Assembly: GCA_016190145.1 (NCBI GenBank)
Contig: JACPRD010000189.1
Coordinates: 64 to 64,063 of the forward strand
DNA length: 64,000 nt
DNA from: Planctomycetota bacterium
Lineage (GTDB): Bacteria > Planctomycetota > MHYJ01 > WSZJ01
Reading direction: 5' to 3'
This document shows positions 43,841 to 52,798 of the stretch, piece after piece. The first letter of the stretch is position 1. Each line of letters opens with the position of its first letter. The position numbers and the translations under genes were made by a program. The notes under the pieces were generated by a model, which was not told where the DNA came from, did not search any database, and saw only the letters and a program-made list of their open reading frames with translations.

Positions 43841-45526
43841 CTAACCGAACCGCATCTTCCGCCTCGGCTTCCGCAGATAGAGGTGCGTCCAGCTCACCCG
43901 CGCGTCCCTGTCCGTCGGCGCGTATTGACGCACCGCGTCACCCCGCTGCCGCGACGTTGACGCCGCGGGCGGCTCCCGGACCGCCCTGTCCAGCTCGGCC
44001 GCCTCGAAATAGGGGCGCACCTGGCCGGCCTCCGCCAGCACGAACCAGTAGCCGCGGGGGGAGATTTCATGGAAGCGCGCGTCGACCTTCAGTGCGACCG
44101 CGGCCGGCGCCGCCGCAAGCGAGACGCCGCCGCGAAGCCCCTTCCAGCCCCCCTCCTCCCGCAGCGCTTCGGCCACCACGTCGCGTTTCGTCACCCAGTC
44201 GACGTCCTTGTAGAGCAGGTGGGGATCTTCCCGGAGCGCGTCCAGCACGTACCGCCATTTCGCCAGGATCTCCCCGGTTTCGCCGCGCGCGTCGCGGCCG
44301 AAGAACTTATCGGCTTCTCCGAGGTAGTACTCCTGGATCTCGAGGGCGGTCATGCGGTTTCCGTCCTCGAGCGGGATCGCGGCGGCCAGGCCGGGATCCG
44401 CGTTTACGAGGGACAGGGCCTGGACGGGGTCGCGGGGTGTGAGGTCGCGCAGGGGATGACCGGCCTCGATCATGTGGAGGACGAGGTCGGTGGTGCCGAG
44501 CTTGAGGACGGTGGCGAGGCGGCTCATGGAGCTGTCGCTGAAGAGCACCTGCAGGCGTTTGCGGCGGCGGAAGACGCTCCAGGGGGCGCGCACGAAGTTC
44601 TTGAGGTCGAAGACCGGCCGCAGTGTGTCGTCCCAGAAGACGCCGCTCGCGGCGCGGATCGCGGGACCTTTCTGCGAGAGTCCGATCCGGCCTGCCGCGG
44701 GTTCGACGCGGCCCGGCCCGGCGTAGACCGCGCGGGTGAGGAGGTGGGGGAGGAGCAGCCGGCGCGCGCGCCGGAGGATGCAGAGCCGCAGAAAAGCGGA
44801 GTACGCCCGGATCCAGGGGATCGTGAGGACGTAGGTGGCGTCCATGAACCGGACGAGGTTCTCCTCGCGGAGGGCGGCGCGGCTGAGGCGGAACAGGGCG
44901 CGGGCGGCGGCGGCGAAGGGGCGGCCGGCGAGGGGAATCTGGGCGAGGGAGGAACAGAGGAGGTAGGCGGCGGCGCCCGAGAGGAAAACCGCGGCCAGGG
45001 CCGCCTTGAGGGCGAATTCGACGATCCACAGGGGAATCCAGAAGAACGGGAAGGCGGCGGCGAGGAGAATCGCGCGCGCCGGCCCCGCCGGATCGTCGAC
45101 GTCGTAATTCTCATGCGACCCCCAGACGTTTCCCGCCGCGTCGGCCGAGGACTTTCCGAACACGAGCTCGCCGTCGTACCCGCGCAGCCTGAGGCGGCGC
45201 TCGGCCTCGGCGTGAATCGACAGCAGCAGCCGGTCCTGCGCGTGGTGGTACTTCGCCGCCTCGACGGGCCCGCGGCACTCCGGGGTCGCCATCTCCAGCA
45301 GCCCCGTCGAGAACCGGAGCGTCGGCGCCTCGTAGTGCAGCAGACCCCCGTTGGAGAGGAAGACGCCGCCCTTTGGGATCGCGGCGGGAAGCGACGGGAC
45401 CGCGTTGCGCACGGCGGTCTCGGCGACCTCGAAGATCTCCCGCGGCAGCGGGGCGGGGGAGCCCGGCTCGCGCGGGACGAAGAACAGGGCGTACTCGGTT
45501 TCCACGCCGATCAGGCGGTCGGACAT
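43841..45526 (-). CDS. Pup-ligase family (PafA/Dop-like) carboxylate-amine ligase with ~100-aa hydrophobic insertion
   Basis: IGVETEY, EMATPEC, WGSHENY, LLTRAVYAGPGRV, LKLGTTDLVLHMIEAG, DVDWVTKR. Hydrophobic insertion at about residues 150-260 (about 44744..45100). Confidence 0.8.
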   Translation of the reverse strand: MSDRLIGVETEYALFFVPREPGSPAPLPREIFEVAETAVRNAVPSLPAAIPKGGVFLSNGGLLHYEAPTLRFSTGLLEMATPECRGPVEAAKYHHAQDRLLLSIHAEAERRLRLRGYDGELVFGKSSADAAGNVWGSHENYDVDDPAGPARAILLAAAFPFFWIPLWIVEFALKAALAAVFLSGAAAYLLCSSLAQIPLAGRPFAAAARALFRLSRAALREENLVRFMDATYVLTIPWIRAYSAFLRLCILRRARRLLLPHLLTRAVYAGPGRVEPAAGRIGLSQKGPAIRAASGVFWDDTLRPVFDLKNFVRAPWSVFRRRKRLQVLFSDSSMSRLATVLKLGTTDLVLHMIEAGHPLRDLTPRDPVQALSLVNADPGLAAAIPLEDGNRMTALEIQEYYLGEADKFFGRDARGETGEILAKWRYVLDALREDPHLLYKDVDWVTKRDVVAEALREEGGWKGLRGGVSLAAAPAAVALKVDARFHEISPRGYWFVLAEAGQVRPYFEAAELDRAVREPPAASTSRQRGDAVRQYAPTDRDARVSWTHLYLRKPRRKMRFG

Positions 45527-45547
45527 CTCACGCCCCCAGGCGCCGAC

Positions 45548-45579
45548 AAAAAAAGCTCCACCCGGGAAGCGGATGGAGC
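45548..45579 (-). terminator. intrinsic terminator/attenuator between the small modifier gene and the ligase gene
   Basis: mRNA GCUCCAUCC-GCUUCCC-GGGUGGAGC followed by UUUUUUU. The stem is 9 bp with one G-U pair. Confidence 0.6.
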
Positions 45580-45599
45580 GGAGTCACCGGGACGACTTC

Positions 45600-45749
45600 C
45601 TACTCGCCGCCCCCGGGGACGGTGCTCGCCTTCACGTAGTCACCCGGACGCGTCTTCGCGTCCTTCACGATCGCCTTGAACGCCTCCGCCACCCTGTCCT
45701 TCGGCGGCGCGACGGGCGGCTTCACGGCCGCGGTCTTCGTCTCTTCCAT
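45600..45749 (-). CDS. small Pup/UBact-like protein ending in Gly-Gly-Gly-Glu
   Basis: 49 codons starting at the internal ATG of ORF 45600..45809: MEETKTAAVKPPVAPPKDRVAEAFKAIVKDAKTRPGDYVKASTVPGGGE. GC3-rich codons. SD AGGAAAGG lies 9 nt upstream. It sits directly upstream of the Pup-ligase homologue. Confidence 0.55.
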   Translation of the reverse strand: MEETKTAAVKPPVAPPKDRVAEAFKAIVKDAKTRPGDYVKASTVPGGGE

Positions 45750-45779
45750 GGTTCTCAACCTTTCCTGAGGAATGAGCGG

Positions 45780-45809
45780 ATTGTAGTCTGACGGGCGCCT
45801 GCAATTCAA
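45780..45809 (-). promoter_or_regulatory. sigma-70-like promoter for the small modifier gene
   Basis: TTGAAT - 18 nt - TACAAT on the minus strand, about 30 nt upstream of the ATG. It overlaps the end of the DUF72 gene. Confidence 0.4.
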
Positions 45810-46648
45810 CGCGGTCCGATCGGCGCCCCGCCCTGCGCTTCCCAGATCTGCTTGAAGAGGGCGATCGACGCGGGCGCGTGTCCCGCGTAGTGGTTATTGA
45901 AGTAGCCGAAGACTTCGTACTTCGGCGCGAGGTCGCGCACCGTCGGGATCCAGGCTTCCATTTCCTTGGTGCGGTCGACGACGACCTTATCCCACGAGGT
46001 GGTGACCTTCTCGATTCCCTGCCGATCGCCGAGCCACCGGATGTACACGAAGTCCGACGTCATCAGGTCCATGCGTTTCCGGTACTCCGCGGCCCGCAGC
46101 ATGAACGGGTGGTCGATGAGGGCCAGCGCGACCTTCTTCGAACGGAGGTGGTCGAGCATGGCGGGGACGAGAAAGTTCTTGTTCCGGACCTCGACCGCGA
46201 ACCGGTATCCCTCCGGCAGCGCTCTCACGAACTTCTTGAGCGCCTCGAAGAACGGCATGGGGTTGGGAAGCTCGGTCTTGTTCATGTAGGGGAACTGGAA
46301 CAGGATCGGTCCGAGCCGGTCGCCGAGTCCGTCCATCACCTTGAGGAACGCCGCGAGGTCGTCTTCGGCGCCGACCAGTTTCTTCTCGTGCGTGATGACC
46401 TGCGGCGCCTTCGCGGCGATCGTGAATCCTCTCGGCGTCTTCGCGACCCATCCCGCGACCACCGCTGCGGAAGGGATTCGATAGAACGTGGCGTCGACTT
46501 CGACCGTGTCGAAGTGCTTCGCGTAGTGCGCGAGGAAGTCGGCGGGCGCCGTGCCGGGGGGATAGAACGGCCCGACCCACGATTCCGCGGAGAAGGAGGA
46601 GGTGCCGAGTCGGACGGGCATGCGCGGGATGATACCCTTTACCTTCAA
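45806..46648 (-). CDS. DUF72 (YecE-like) family protein
   Basis: LGTSSFSAESWVGPFYP, FDTVEVDATFYRIP, FQFPY. The start may be ATG 46621. Confidence 0.8.
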   Translation of the reverse strand: MKVKGIIPRMPVRLGTSSFSAESWVGPFYPPGTAPADFLAHYAKHFDTVEVDATFYRIPSAAVVAGWVAKTPRGFTIAAKAPQVITHEKKLVGAEDDLAAFLKVMDGLGDRLGPILFQFPYMNKTELPNPMPFFEALKKFVRALPEGYRFAVEVRNKNFLVPAMLDHLRSKKVALALIDHPFMLRAAEYRKRMDLMTSDFVYIRWLGDRQGIEKVTTSWDKVVVDRTKEMEAWIPTVRDLAPKYEVFGYFNNHYAGHAPASIALFKQIWEAQGGAPIGPR

Positions 46649-47118
46649 CCGCCGATCTGAATCTCGTAAAGGTGCGCGAACGGCGCGCCGGGCCGGGCGA
46701 TGTTCTCGTGGATGTGCTGCAGGCTCGTCCGCTGCCCCGGCCAGGCCAGCGACTCGTACGCGGTCTCGAACGCCAGCCAGCGCGACTCGACGTGCTCGAT
46801 CGAAAGCCGGACCGCCGGGCTGCCCGTCGCCTGCGCCGCGAAGACCGACACCATCTGGATCGCGTCCAGCCCCACCTCGTAGAACGTCTGCACGTTGTCG
46901 GCGGAGAACAGCCGGAGGGGGATGACTCCCGTGTCGACCATGATCTCTCGAAACGCCGCCTGGTACGCCGTCTCTCCCTTGTCGATGTGCCCGCGCACTC
47001 CTTCCCAGGTGCCCCCCATGTGATAGTGCGGGTTGCGTTTCAGAAGGAGATACTCGGTCCCGGCCTCGGCCTGGCGGAAGATGTAGGCCTCGACCATCGT
47101 GGAAATGATGCGCGGCAT
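46645..47118 (-). CDS. NUDIX hydrolase
   Basis: NUDIX box GHIDKGETAYQAAFREIMVDTG. Confidence 0.8.
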   Translation of the reverse strand: MPRIISTMVEAYIFRQAEAGTEYLLLKRNPHYHMGGTWEGVRGHIDKGETAYQAAFREIMVDTGVIPLRLFSADNVQTFYEVGLDAIQMVSVFAAQATGSPAVRLSIEHVESRWLAFETAYESLAWPGQRTSLQHIHENIARPGAPFAHLYEIQIGG

Positions 47119-47164
47119 CGCGGGCGGATTCTAAGCTCCCCGGACCGTTTTGACACTCCCGCGC

Positions 47165-48721
47165 CTACGATTTCGCGTCCCAGGCGCCCTTCGCCAGCGC
47201 CTCCGTCTCTTCCTGGATCGCCTCCATCCCGAAGAAGTGCTTCCGGATGACGCGCTCCCGGTCGATCCACCAGATGGAGCGCACCTTGTCGGCGATCCGT
47301 TCCACGAACTTGCACAGCATGAGCTGCTCTCCGCGGATTTCGGTGATCTGTTCGCCGTGGCATTCGATCGTCGTGGGCGCGAGCTCGGTCTGGGCCATCG
47401 CGAGGCGCTGGACGGTGCGTTTCGTGCCGGGGGTCTGAGGAAGGGTAGCGACGAACTCGTGGAGGCCGAAGCCCGGGACGAAGTCGTCGGGGAGTCCCCG
47501 CTTGTAGGGCCTGCCCTGCCACGTGCCGATGAAGCCGGTTTCGATTCGCCTGAGGGTGAAGAAGGGCTGGCCGAGTTCGGTCTGGACGCCGTCCTGCATG
47601 AAGTGGCAATTGGCGATCCTGTCGTTGTGGCCGAACACGACGACGGCGGCGGAGTCGTGCCATTTGCCATCGCCGCCCATGTAGTGGAGTTCGGTTTCGA
47701 GCATGGCTCCCTCGCCGGTGGGATTGACCATGTGGCATTCCCAGCCGGTGGCCTTGCCCTCGGCCCAGAGGGAATACCAGCGGTGAATCTTTTTCCAGGG
47801 GCCGCGCTCGGCGAGTTCTTTCGAATATGGGCGTCCGAGGGGCGGAAACACGTGCTCCGGCCGTTTTGGAGCCTCCGGCGCGGCGGGCGGGGCGGCCGGC
47901 GCGGGCGGGGCGGTTGTGTTCACGAGGCGGGAGGGCGCCTGGACCGCCGCGGCGGCGGAGCCCGCCTGCCTGGAGGCCACGACCGGGTTTTTCGGAATCT
48001 CCACCATCAGCTTGGTGGGGTCGTCGAATCCCGCGATCGGCGTTCCGGCCGGCTTCGGCGGCGGCGGTTTCGGGAAGGGCAGCGTGATTTCCGTGCGCGC
48101 GGCGGCTTCCGATTCTTCGAGAAGCGCCGTCAGCCCGAATTCGTACTTCACGAGGTTCCGATCCCGGTCGATCCACCAGGTCGTGCGCGCCTTGCCCTGC
48201 ACGCGCTCGACGAATTTCCAGGCGCGGAAGATCTTGTTGAGGACTTTGACCTCTTCCTCTCCCATGCACTCGATCGTTGCAGGCGCTGGCGTGTCGGTGC
48301 CCATCGGGAGGCGCGTGAACCCCCAGAATCCGTGCATCTCCTGGGGAAGGGTGGCCACCCACTCGGCGAATCCGAAGTTGGGGAGGAAGTCGGGAGGGAG
48401 GTGTTTTGTGAAGGCTTTTCCGACCCAGTAGCCGCTGAAAGTTTCCCCGTCGCGGCGGATGGAGAAGCCCATGACGCCGTCTCTCTGGTAGCGGACAGCT
48501 TCGAGGCGCACGCCGCCGGTTCCGAAGGCCAGCGTGGAGACGCCTTCGGACAGGCCGGCATCGGTCCGGTAGACGGTCAGCGTTTCGATCGTGGCGCTGC
48601 CGTCGGAGACGGCCGAGACCACGTGGCGCTCGTATCCGGTGCGCTTGCCCTGGGGGTCCCAGAGCGAGAACCAGCGGACGCCGGACTTGAACGGAGCGCG
48701 TTTGGAGGTCGAAACGGGCAT
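47165..48721 (-). CDS. hypothetical protein made of two homologous ~200-aa halves joined by a Pro/Ala-rich linker
   Basis: The halves share VRWFSLWDPQGKRTGYERHVV / HRWYSLWAEGKATGWECHMV and WWIDRDRNLVKYEFG / WWIDRERVIRKHFFG. Confidence 0.65.
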   Translation of the reverse strand: MPVSTSKRAPFKSGVRWFSLWDPQGKRTGYERHVVSAVSDGSATIETLTVYRTDAGLSEGVSTLAFGTGGVRLEAVRYQRDGVMGFSIRRDGETFSGYWVGKAFTKHLPPDFLPNFGFAEWVATLPQEMHGFWGFTRLPMGTDTPAPATIECMGEEEVKVLNKIFRAWKFVERVQGKARTTWWIDRDRNLVKYEFGLTALLEESEAAARTEITLPFPKPPPPKPAGTPIAGFDDPTKLMVEIPKNPVVASRQAGSAAAAVQAPSRLVNTTAPPAPAAPPAAPEAPKRPEHVFPPLGRPYSKELAERGPWKKIHRWYSLWAEGKATGWECHMVNPTGEGAMLETELHYMGGDGKWHDSAAVVVFGHNDRIANCHFMQDGVQTELGQPFFTLRRIETGFIGTWQGRPYKRGLPDDFVPGFGLHEFVATLPQTPGTKRTVQRLAMAQTELAPTTIECHGEQITEIRGEQLMLCKFVERIADKVRSIWWIDRERVIRKHFFGMEAIQEETEALAKGAWDAKS

Positions 48722-48839
48722 ATATTCGCCTGATCTCTCTTTTTCCTAACCGGAAATATGGTCAGGGGATGCGGCAGAGTACAGTTTTTCTTGCCGGGGG
48801 CCAAGGGGGGATTTTGCCCTCCCGACAGTCGCCGATGCC

Positions 48840-50033
48840 CTACATCCCGAACAGCATCGCCGCCGCCCGCCCGCGCGCCCGCTTCACCTCGATCTCGAGA
48901 CGCCCCTTCCCAAATTCCAGAATCTCGTCGAAACCGTTTGCGTAGGGAAGCGGGTACTCCACGACATGGTGCGGGGTCACGCCGGCGCCCTCGAGTTTCA
49001 CGCCTTTCGTGAACATCTTCCCGTCGACCACCGGCACGAGCAGGCAGGACCCGTCGGAGAGCGGGAAGAACTGCGAGCCCAGGACCGCGCCCTCCGTCGT
49101 GCGTCCGACGACCGGTCCCAGTTCTTCCTTCATGAACATCCAAGCGAAGATCTCCTTCGCCGAGCGCGAACGGTCGTCCACGAGGAGCACGACGGGTTTG
49201 TCCCAGGCGCCGGTGCGGAAAAGTCCGAGGATCGCATTCATGACGAGCGGCGATCCGCCGCGGCCGCGGATGTCGAGGAGGAGGCCGTCGCAGTGGCGGA
49301 ATTCCTTCTTCATCGCCTTGGAGACGGTCCCGTAGATCGCCGTCGCGAGGAAGTGCCACGTGTGGACGTAGCCGAATCTCATGCCGTTGTGCCGGATCAC
49401 GCGGACCGAGTTCTGGGTCGCGCCGATCATGGAAATCGGCTCCGGGTTCACTACGACCTCCCGCACCCGGCCCTTCTTCGATTCGACTTCAAGCGTCACC
49501 GCCCTGTCCTTCGGCGCCCGGACGTAGTAGAGCGCCGGCCAGGGCAGCCCGGGGTCGCACCCCGTCTCCTCCAGCAGCTTTGACTTCTTCGCCGCCACGC
49601 CGTCCACGCTCACGAGGCGGTCGCCGCGCAAAATCCCGGCTTTCTCCGCGGGGCCGCCTTCGAGGAGGTTCCGGACCCAGAGCTCGCCCTCGAGCAGCAC
49701 CGCCTCGAATCCCACCTGAGGCGACGGTTTCGAGCCCATCTCGGGCAGGAAGTGCTCCGTGTACGAGTCCTTGCTGATCAACACGAGGTGCGACACCTTG
49801 AGCTCGCCCAGCATGCGATTCGTGACGGAGATCAGCTCGTCCTGGGTCTTCGCCTTTTTCGCGTAGGGCAGGTACTTCTCGTGGAGGGCCTTCCAGTCCC
49901 GCCCGTTCATCTTCTTGTCGAAGAAGTTCTTCTGCGTCGTCTGCCACGCCTCCTCGAACGTCTTGATGTCGGGTTTTTCGGCGAGGGCGGGAAGGGAGAG
50001 GGCGAAAGCAAGAGCGACCGGAAGCAGGCGCAT
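48840..50033 (-). CDS. S41 family peptidase with PDZ domain
   Basis: Signal peptide, PDZ (PAEKAGILRGDRLVSVDG), and S41 core (LLLDIRGRGGS, VVLLVDDRSRSAKEIFA). Confidence 0.8.
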   Translation of the reverse strand: MRLLPVALAFALSLPALAEKPDIKTFEEAWQTTQKNFFDKKMNGRDWKALHEKYLPYAKKAKTQDELISVTNRMLGELKVSHLVLISKDSYTEHFLPEMGSKPSPQVGFEAVLLEGELWVRNLLEGGPAEKAGILRGDRLVSVDGVAAKKSKLLEETGCDPGLPWPALYYVRAPKDRAVTLEVESKKGRVREVVVNPEPISMIGATQNSVRVIRHNGMRFGYVHTWHFLATAIYGTVSKAMKKEFRHCDGLLLDIRGRGGSPLVMNAILGLFRTGAWDKPVVLLVDDRSRSAKEIFAWMFMKEELGPVVGRTTEGAVLGSQFFPLSDGSCLLVPVVDGKMFTKGVKLEGAGVTPHHVVEYPLPYANGFDEILEFGKGRLEIEVKRARGRAAAMLFGM

Positions 50034-50131
50034 CGGGGAAGAGCCTCGAATGAGGGACCCTTATGATACGGAGGCGGCGGGTCGCGTGATGGACGGAGTC
50101 GGAAGGGAAGCCCGAAACGGTCCCGACCGGC

Positions 50132-50674
50132 CTATGACCCGAAGATCTCGTCCACGACGGGGGAGAACCCCGGCAGGATGGCCGTCGAGAGGCGGTCGCC
50201 CGCGCCGAACGTCCGAGGCTCCTCGGATTCCTGCAGGCGATACTGCGCGACCGTCGCCGAGGCCGGGTCGGCGATCCAGTATTCCGGAACGCCGGACTTG
50301 CCGTAGATCTTGCGCTTCTTGCCCAGGTCCTGGCCCCCCGACTTGGGGGACAGGACCTCGATCACAAGGTCCGGCGCGCCATGGATGCCATCGGGCTTGA
50401 TCCGGTCGCGGTTCGCGTGCAGGACGACGAAGACGTCGGGCTGAACGGCATCGCTGTCGGAGAGATAGACGTCGCAGGGAGCGATGAAGACTTCCCCGAT
50501 CGGGTTGTCCTTGAGCCAGGCCGCAAGCAGGAAGTAGAGGCGGGCGACCGTACGCTGATGCAGAACGCTCGGGCTGGGGCTCATGACGAACTCTCCATCA
50601 AGGAGCTCCATCCGCGGAGCGGTGGGCGGCAGCGCCCGGTAGTCTGAAACAGTCAAGCGGATCGTCGTAGTCAT
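50132..50674 (-). CDS. Uma2 family (DUF820) endonuclease
   Basis: ELLDGEFVMSPSPSVLHQ, QPDVFVV, PDLVIEVLSPKS, YGKSGVPEYWI. Confidence 0.8.
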   Translation of the reverse strand: MTTTIRLTVSDYRALPPTAPRMELLDGEFVMSPSPSVLHQRTVARLYFLLAAWLKDNPIGEVFIAPCDVYLSDSDAVQPDVFVVLHANRDRIKPDGIHGAPDLVIEVLSPKSGGQDLGKKRKIYGKSGVPEYWIADPASATVAQYRLQESEEPRTFGAGDRLSTAILPGFSPVVDEIFGS

Positions 50675-50778
50675 CTCGTGTCCTCACCAGAATTCTAACA
50701 GGATTCCGGCGTGGCGGGCAGCCCCCCTCTACCCCTCGTCGCGGCCGAGGCAGAGACCACGCGGCCGATCTCCGACGC

Positions 50779-52086
50779 TCACTTCCCCTTCCATTTCTTG
50801 ACCCATTCCGCGGTCTTCTTCAGGTAGAGGTCCCCGTCCTCCTTCGACGGCTCGATCTCGCTTCCCTCGTGCCACTCGTTCCAGGAGCACACGAGGATCC
50901 AGTCGGGCTCCGAGGCGATCGCCGCTTCCCAGAACGCGTCATAGAGCTTGCCTCCGTCGCGCGCGCGGCGGCCGCCGGGAGTGCGGACGAAGGTGTCGTC
51001 GTAGCCGGGGACGACGGTGGCGGCGAACAGGAGGCCGTTGACGCGGGAGGCGAAGGAGGCGGACTGGTACTCGGAGCGGAGCGGTTCGAGGTCTGTGAAG
51101 ACGGGGTTATAGGAGTGGAGGCCGCCGCCGGCGCGGGCGAGGTCGAGGTCGGGGGTGTCCATCAGGAGGAGGGCCTTGCCGCGGGCGGCGACGAAATCCG
51201 CGGGAGGGAAGGCGGCGGCGACGCGGGTATAGACGAAGACGACGGGGGCGCCGTCCGAGCGGAGCCAGGCGGGGGAGGGGCCGTACTCGCGGTCGAGGTA
51301 CGCGAAGTCGGCCGCGATCTGCTTCGCGTCCTTCGCCTGTTCGTAGTAGGCGCCGACGAGGAACTTCTCTTTTTCGGCGACCGCGAGCAGGTTACGCAGC
51401 GCCCGGTCCTCGAACGTCCCCTCTCCCCACCAGCTCGCGATGAAACCATCCACGCCCGCGGCCTTCGCCCACTCGATGTGTTTCCGGAGGACCGCCTCGT
51501 CGTTCGAGTCGTACAGACCCAGCTCCGGCGTGTTTGTCGCCGCGTTGTGACGCTCCGGATCCCAGTGCACCCAGCGCCCGCTCGGCCCAACTTTCGTCCC
51601 GTACCACGGATAGTAGAAGGCGAGCACGAGTTTCTCCCGCGGCTTCTTCACCTCGAAGCGTGCGGCGCCGAGCCGCCGGATCTTCTCCGCGCTCGCCGTG
51701 AAGGCCTTCCGATTCGTGGGCTCGCCGGTCTTCGTATCGTGTACAAATTCCACGACGTCTTTGATCGCGACCCTCGTGCCGCCGATGTCGCCCCGCGTGA
51801 CGATGATCTCGAGGTCGCCCTTCTCCGGAAGCTCGACAAACACGACGGCTTCGAGCGTCGTCTTCGTCGCGTTCATCGAGGGCTTGCCGATGCGAAGGGG
51901 CCCCGTCTCGACCTTCACGGCCGGGTCTTCGGCGGCGACTTTCTGGCTGTCCACCCAGAACCGCGCGGCGTTGGCGAACCGGACGGCGGTCCAGTCCGAG
52001 GTGGTGGTGACGGTGACATCGAGGCGGAACCAGTCGGCGGCGGCGGGCGTGCTCAGGGCGAGAAGCAATATCGGCGAGAGGCGCAT
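50779..52086 (-). CDS. secreted glycoside hydrolase family 99-like protein
   Basis: Start at MRLSPILLLALSTPAAA. AFYYPWYG...WVHWD and GLYDSNDEAVLRKHIEWAKAAGVDGFIASWWG resemble GH99-type domains. Confidence 0.6.
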   Translation of the reverse strand: MRLSPILLLALSTPAAADWFRLDVTVTTTSDWTAVRFANAARFWVDSQKVAAEDPAVKVETGPLRIGKPSMNATKTTLEAVVFVELPEKGDLEIIVTRGDIGGTRVAIKDVVEFVHDTKTGEPTNRKAFTASAEKIRRLGAARFEVKKPREKLVLAFYYPWYGTKVGPSGRWVHWDPERHNAATNTPELGLYDSNDEAVLRKHIEWAKAAGVDGFIASWWGEGTFEDRALRNLLAVAEKEKFLVGAYYEQAKDAKQIAADFAYLDREYGPSPAWLRSDGAPVVFVYTRVAAAFPPADFVAARGKALLLMDTPDLDLARAGGGLHSYNPVFTDLEPLRSEYQSASFASRVNGLLFAATVVPGYDDTFVRTPGGRRARDGGKLYDAFWEAAIASEPDWILVCSWNEWHEGSEIEPSKEDGDLYLKKTAEWVKKWKGK

Positions 52087-52090
52087 GGGC

Positions 52091-52759
52091 TCAGCATAGC
52101 GCCGGGTCCTCCATTCCGATCTCTTCAAAACCCCTCCGCCGCAGCACGCACGCGTCGCACGCCCCGCAGGCGCTCCCGCCCGGGCCCGGATCGTAGCAGG
52201 AGTGGGTGAGGGCATAGTCCACGCCCGCGCGCAGCCCGGCGCGGATGATCTGCGCTTTCGTCATGCGGACGAGCGGCGCGTGGATTCTCCACCGTCCGCC
52301 CTCGGCGCCCGCCTTCGTCCCGGCAATCAGGACCCGCTCGAACGCCCTCAGGAACGCAGGGCGGCAGTCCGGATACCCGCTCGAGTCCAGCACGTTGACG
52401 CCGATCACGAGGTCGCGCGCGCCCAGCGTCTCCGCCCACGCCGCCGCGAACGCGAGGAAGATCGTGTTGCGCGCCGGGACGTAGGTCGCCGGAATCCGCC
52501 GCCCGATCCGCCGCCACTTCGGCACCGCGATCGCCAGGTCCGTGAGGGCGCTTCCCCCGAACACTCCCAGGTCGATCCGCACGACGCGATGGTCCCGGAT
52601 TCCCAGCGCCCGTGCCACCCGCCGCGCCGCCTGGATTTCCACCGCGTGCCGCTGGCCGTAGCGGAAGGAGAGGGCATGGAGCCGGAAACGCGGCCGCGTG
52701 AGGGCGGCGGCGGTCGCGGAGTCGAGCCCGCCGGAGAGGAGGACGACGGCGTCGCGCAT
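52091..52759 (-). CDS. queC: 7-cyano-7-deazaguanine synthase
   Basis: [14 protein letters not shown]-loop and a C-terminal Cys cluster [14 protein letters not shown]. Confidence 0.9.
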   Translation of the reverse strand: MRDAVVLLSGGLDSATAAALTRPRFRLHALSFRYGQRHAVEIQAARRVARALGIRDHRVVRIDLGVFGGSALTDLAIAVPKWRRIGRRIPATYVPARNTIFLAFAAAWAETLGARDLVIGVNVLDSSGYPDCRPAFLRAFERVLIAGTKAGAEGGRWRIHAPLVRMTKAQIIRAGLRAGVDYALTHSCYDPGPGGSACGACDACVLRRRGFEEIGMEDPALC

Positions 52760-52798
52760 GGGGCGGGATTCTAACCGGCGGAGACCGGGAGGCGGGCG

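Noticed and set aside
50132-50674. Uma2-family endonuclease as a hint of a defence or mobile island.
   Set aside because: It is a single gene with native-looking composition. No partner genes, integrase, repeats or tRNA flank it.
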